The notes beneath the pieces are model-generated. The model searched no databases. It had not been told where the DNA came from and was given only the letters and a program-made list of their open reading frames with translations. DNA of 64,000 nt from an uncultured bacterium (GTDB lineage Bacteria; Chloroflexota; UBA5177; JANWHV01): the NCBI GenBank assembly GCA_963729625.1, contig CAVSOU010000007.1, positions 448,001 to 512,000 of the forward strand. The letters are read 5' to 3'. The first letter of the stretch is position 1, and every line of letters begins with the position of its first letter. Of this stretch, positions 61,063 through 64,000 are shown piece by piece. The translations under genes were made by a program, and so were the position numbers.

Positions 61063-63705
61063 ATGCAGAACACTATGCATGCAGCCAATTCGCCCCGCCA
61101 GCCACGCATCGGCGTGCTCAGTCCCTTCTTGGGCGACGAGTTCTTCGGCAATACACTGCTGGGCATTAACCGTGCCGCGCGGCAGGAGGGTAGTTGCGCG
61201 CTCGGGATCCAGACTCGGCCCCAATGGTGGCGCAATCATGAAACGACAGGCGCTGACTGCGGCCCCTTCATCCCCTATGCCATTGACCACGTCGACGCGG
61301 TCATCAGCATCACGGATGCTGCAACCGCCGACGACTTGCGGCAGCTACAGCTTTCTGGAAAACCGATAGTCACGATCTGCACCTTCTTGCCCGAGCTTGG
61401 CATTCCGGCAGTCTTCCCCGACAACCACTCCGGCATCTCCGCGGTCGTTCGTCACCTCATCGAACATGGCCATACGCGCATCGGTTTTGTCGGGTACATG
61501 CCCAATGATGACGTGCGGGAACGGTGGGAAGCCTATGTGGCCACACTGCGGAAGGCCGGTATTGAGCCCGATCCAAATCTTTGCTTTGAGGCTTCCGACT
61601 TGATTGAATCAGGTGGGGTCGTCGCCGCGAAAGCCCTGCTCGCCGCTGGGGTGCCCTGCACCGCACTCTGCGTCAGCACCGACCAGAATGCCCTCACGAT
61701 CATCTCGTGCATGCAGGAAGCGGGCTACAGGGTGCCGGAGGATCTGGCGGTTGTGGCGTTCGATGACGTGCAGGTCAGCGCGACCAGCGTGCCGTCGCTT
61801 ACCACCGTACATCAGTCCAATATTGAGATCGGTGCAGTGGCAGCCAGAATGGCGCTGGCACGACTGGCCGGTACGGATATCCCGCCTCGGAAGTATCTCG
61901 TTTCCTCCCAACCGGTTTTCAGGCAGTCGTGCGGCTGCTGGACTTTTGCCAGCGCGACGTCTCTCGCAATCGACAACAGCGATCGCATCCGCCACCGCAT
62001 CGAAGCGCTGCAGCATGCCCTGGTCGCCGAAGCGCTCCCGATCGCGGGCGAAGAGACAGTTGGCTATCCAGATGCGCCGCGTGCAGCTGCTGCGAGAATC
62101 GGGAGGGCACTTGCCAGAGTGGTGGCTGGCGGGCCTCTGCCCGCGCCGGGAGCGCTGAACAAGGCCTGGCGCGATATCTGCGCTGCCGGCACAAGCATTG
62201 AAGCTGTAAGCCGCGCGTTCGGTGTCTTGCAACGCGGTACCCAGGCTGTTCTCGAAACCGAACCCCACGACGCCTCCGCGCCGCTTCGGGTCCGGGAGTT
62301 CCTGGATGAGATGCGGACAGAGCTCCTGTACGCCGCGCGCCATCAATTTGTCGGGCGCGCCCTCGATCTAGAAACGATAAACGATCGAAACCACCAAACA
62401 AGCCTGCGACTGCTCGCGCCCGGCGACGGCAGCGCGCGCGACCTTGCCTGGCTCGCGGAAACGCTGGCTTCCGCGGGGTGCCTCGGCATCTGGCGCGACG
62501 ACGTGGTCGGCTCCGAGCTGATCATCTCCGGCATATTTCGACAAGGCAAAAGTGGGCTTGAGCGAATTGGCGATATCTGTAGCCCGACGGCATTTCCCCC
62601 TCTCGACGTGCTCGAGCCTGCGATGCGGGACAACCCGAACCAGATGATCATGATCGTGCCACTGCAAACCACCGACCACGATTGGGGCGCCCTGGCACTG
62701 CTGAGTCCGCCTGAGATTCAGGTGCTAACGGCCGACTCCGGGGTGTGGCAATGGACAGCTCCACTGATGGCCGCGCTCGCTCGCGAACGGCTGACACGGG
62801 AGCGTGAGCGCCTCATGCAACTCCTCGAGGAAAGCGAACGGCGGCGCACGCGCATGGAGCTCGAGCGCGAGCGTACAGAGAAGGACGTATACAGGTCGGC
62901 CGCGCTCCGCCTGGAGGACCTGAACCACCAGCTTGCGGAAACGAATCGTTTGAAATCAGAGCTGCTGGAACAATCCCAGACACAGGCCGCGGCAGCGCAG
63001 GATCTGGCCAGACTTCGCAGCGACTTCGTGGCCACGGTGAGTCACGAGCTCCGCACGCCACTTACGGCGATCGTCGGCTACGCGGAGCTGCTGCAGTCCC
63101 ATTGGGCGCAGCTTACGGACGAGGAGCGGCTTGAGCGGATCGATCGCATAGTCGCGTCGGCAAATCGCCAGCAACGACTGGTCGAAGACCTGTTGATCCT
63201 GAGTCGACTGGAGATCGGAGCCCTGGCGCCCAAAGTCAGGACTATACTGCTTGGCAGTCTGATCGAGCGCGCTGCGGACGAAGTGCGCTCAAGTTACCAT
63301 GGCCAGCAGATAGCCGTCGAAGGTCCCTCCTGGCTCCAGGTGCAGGCCGATCCTGACCGCTCCGTGCAGGTGCTCGTAAATATCATGGACAACGCCGCAA
63401 AGTACTCGCCGGAAGGCTCGCCCGTCCACATTCGCTTCGTGAAAGAAGGGGACACGGCCATTGTCCTCGTTCGGGACGAGGGCGCAGGTATTTCCGTCGA
63501 AGGGCGTGAACTCTTGTTCACTCGATTCGGCCGTGCAAGTGGCAGCCGGACGCGCGCCGGGCGTGTCGGCACCGGATTGGGCCTGCACCTCAGCCGGAGC
63601 CTTGCTCAAGCCATGGGCGGAGACCTCCGGCTCGAGTCGACCGGCCCCTCGGGGAGCGTGTTTCGCCTGACGCTGCCCCTGGCAGAGGACCGCCAGCCTG
63701 AGTAA
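61063..63705 (+). CDS. LacI-type ligand-binding sensor histidine kinase
   Basis: HLIEHGHTRIGFV, RQSCGC; VSHELRTPLT; NIMDNAAKYS, DEGAGI, GTGLGL. Confidence 0.92.
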   Translation: MQNTMHAANSPRQPRIGVLSPFLGDEFFGNTLLGINRAARQEGSCALGIQTRPQWWRNHETTGADCGPFIPYAIDHVDAVISITDAATADDLRQLQLSGKPIVTICTFLPELGIPAVFPDNHSGISAVVRHLIEHGHTRIGFVGYMPNDDVRERWEAYVATLRKAGIEPDPNLCFEASDLIESGGVVAAKALLAAGVPCTALCVSTDQNALTIISCMQEAGYRVPEDLAVVAFDDVQVSATSVPSLTTVHQSNIEIGAVAARMALARLAGTDIPPRKYLVSSQPVFRQSCGCWTFASATSLAIDNSDRIRHRIEALQHALVAEALPIAGEETVGYPDAPRAAAARIGRALARVVAGGPLPAPGALNKAWRDICAAGTSIEAVSRAFGVLQRGTQAVLETEPHDASAPLRVREFLDEMRTELLYAARHQFVGRALDLETINDRNHQTSLRLLAPGDGSARDLAWLAETLASAGCLGIWRDDVVGSELIISGIFRQGKSGLERIGDICSPTAFPPLDVLEPAMRDNPNQMIMIVPLQTTDHDWGALALLSPPEIQVLTADSGVWQWTAPLMAALARERLTRERERLMQLLEESERRRTRMELERERTEKDVYRSAALRLEDLNHQLAETNRLKSELLEQSQTQAAAAQDLARLRSDFVATVSHELRTPLTAIVGYAELLQSHWAQLTDEERLERIDRIVASANRQQRLVEDLLILSRLEIGALAPKVRTILLGSLIERAADEVRSSYHGQQIAVEGPSWLQVQADPDRSVQVLVNIMDNAAKYSPEGSPVHIRFVKEGDTAIVLVRDEGAGISVEGRELLFTRFGRASGSRTRAGRVGTGLGLHLSRSLAQAMGGDLRLESTGPSGSVFRLTLPLAEDRQPE

Positions 63706-63777
63706 TCGCGCTCCGTGGCGCGTACCCAAGTCGCACCTCGCCGGGCAGGGTACCTGCGGGCGCCGATGCCATATGGG

Positions 63778-64000
63778 TCAGTCGGCTGCAAGCAGTCCGC
63801 GGCCTGTCGAGCTAACGTAGCTCCCGTCGTGCCATCGCACGTGCCAGCGTTCACCCCATGCTTCCGCTGCGCGCGCGCAATCCTTGCAGTACTCGCCATT
63901 GCCCGACGGATCAGCCTGAGTGCCGCCGCACCGCTCGCAGACCCGCGCACCGCAGAAATCGCACCGACGCACATCACAGCACGAGCTTTCGGCATGACAA
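63778..64000 (-). CDS. Cys-rich zinc-finger-like small protein (probably 5' partial)
   Basis: Frame open to the window edge: CHAESSCCDVRRCDFCGARVCERC...YCKDC. Confidence 0.5.
   Translation of the reverse strand, partial: CHAESSCCDVRRCDFCGARVCERCGGTQADPSGNGEYCKDCARAAEAWGERWHVRWHDGSYVSSTGRGLLAAD

Overview
High-GC bacterial window; the gene content resembles Chloroflexota, but that is an inference. The left half (1-30.6 kb) is mostly recognisable. It holds a PDZ protease tail, a NarL/LuxR regulator, DUF402, a frameshifted Nudix gene and a MoxR-DUF58-VWA-VWA operon. These are followed by a CGNR zinc-finger gene, bcp, tricorn protease, a peptide ABC importer lacking ATPase genes, a glutaredoxin-like gene, and the PBP1C/alpha-2-macroglobulin pair. 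The right half (30.9-63.7 kb) is a c-di-GMP signalling island with 5 GGDEF-type domains, 2 EAL, 1 HD-GYP, and an MshEN-containing GT2 synthase next to a GT-C-like membrane protein. The most striking signal is two paralogous, oppositely oriented cassettes whose secreted products end in an A-x-W-G-S pentapeptide. These products are an S8 protease ending (ASWGS)10-DYWG, two paralogous ~170-aa secreted proteins (...ANWGS*, ...AGWGS*), a 60-aa secreted peptide (...CATCHVDKPSAGWGS*), a decayed copy of that peptide and a decayed S8 tail. Each cassette sits directly upstream of a paralogous multi-TM sensor-GGDEF protein. My hypothesis is an uncharacterised peptide-signal -> c-di-GMP -> polysaccharide system. 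No rRNA, tRNA or CRISPR array was recognised. All domain calls are by motif recognition; no searches were run.
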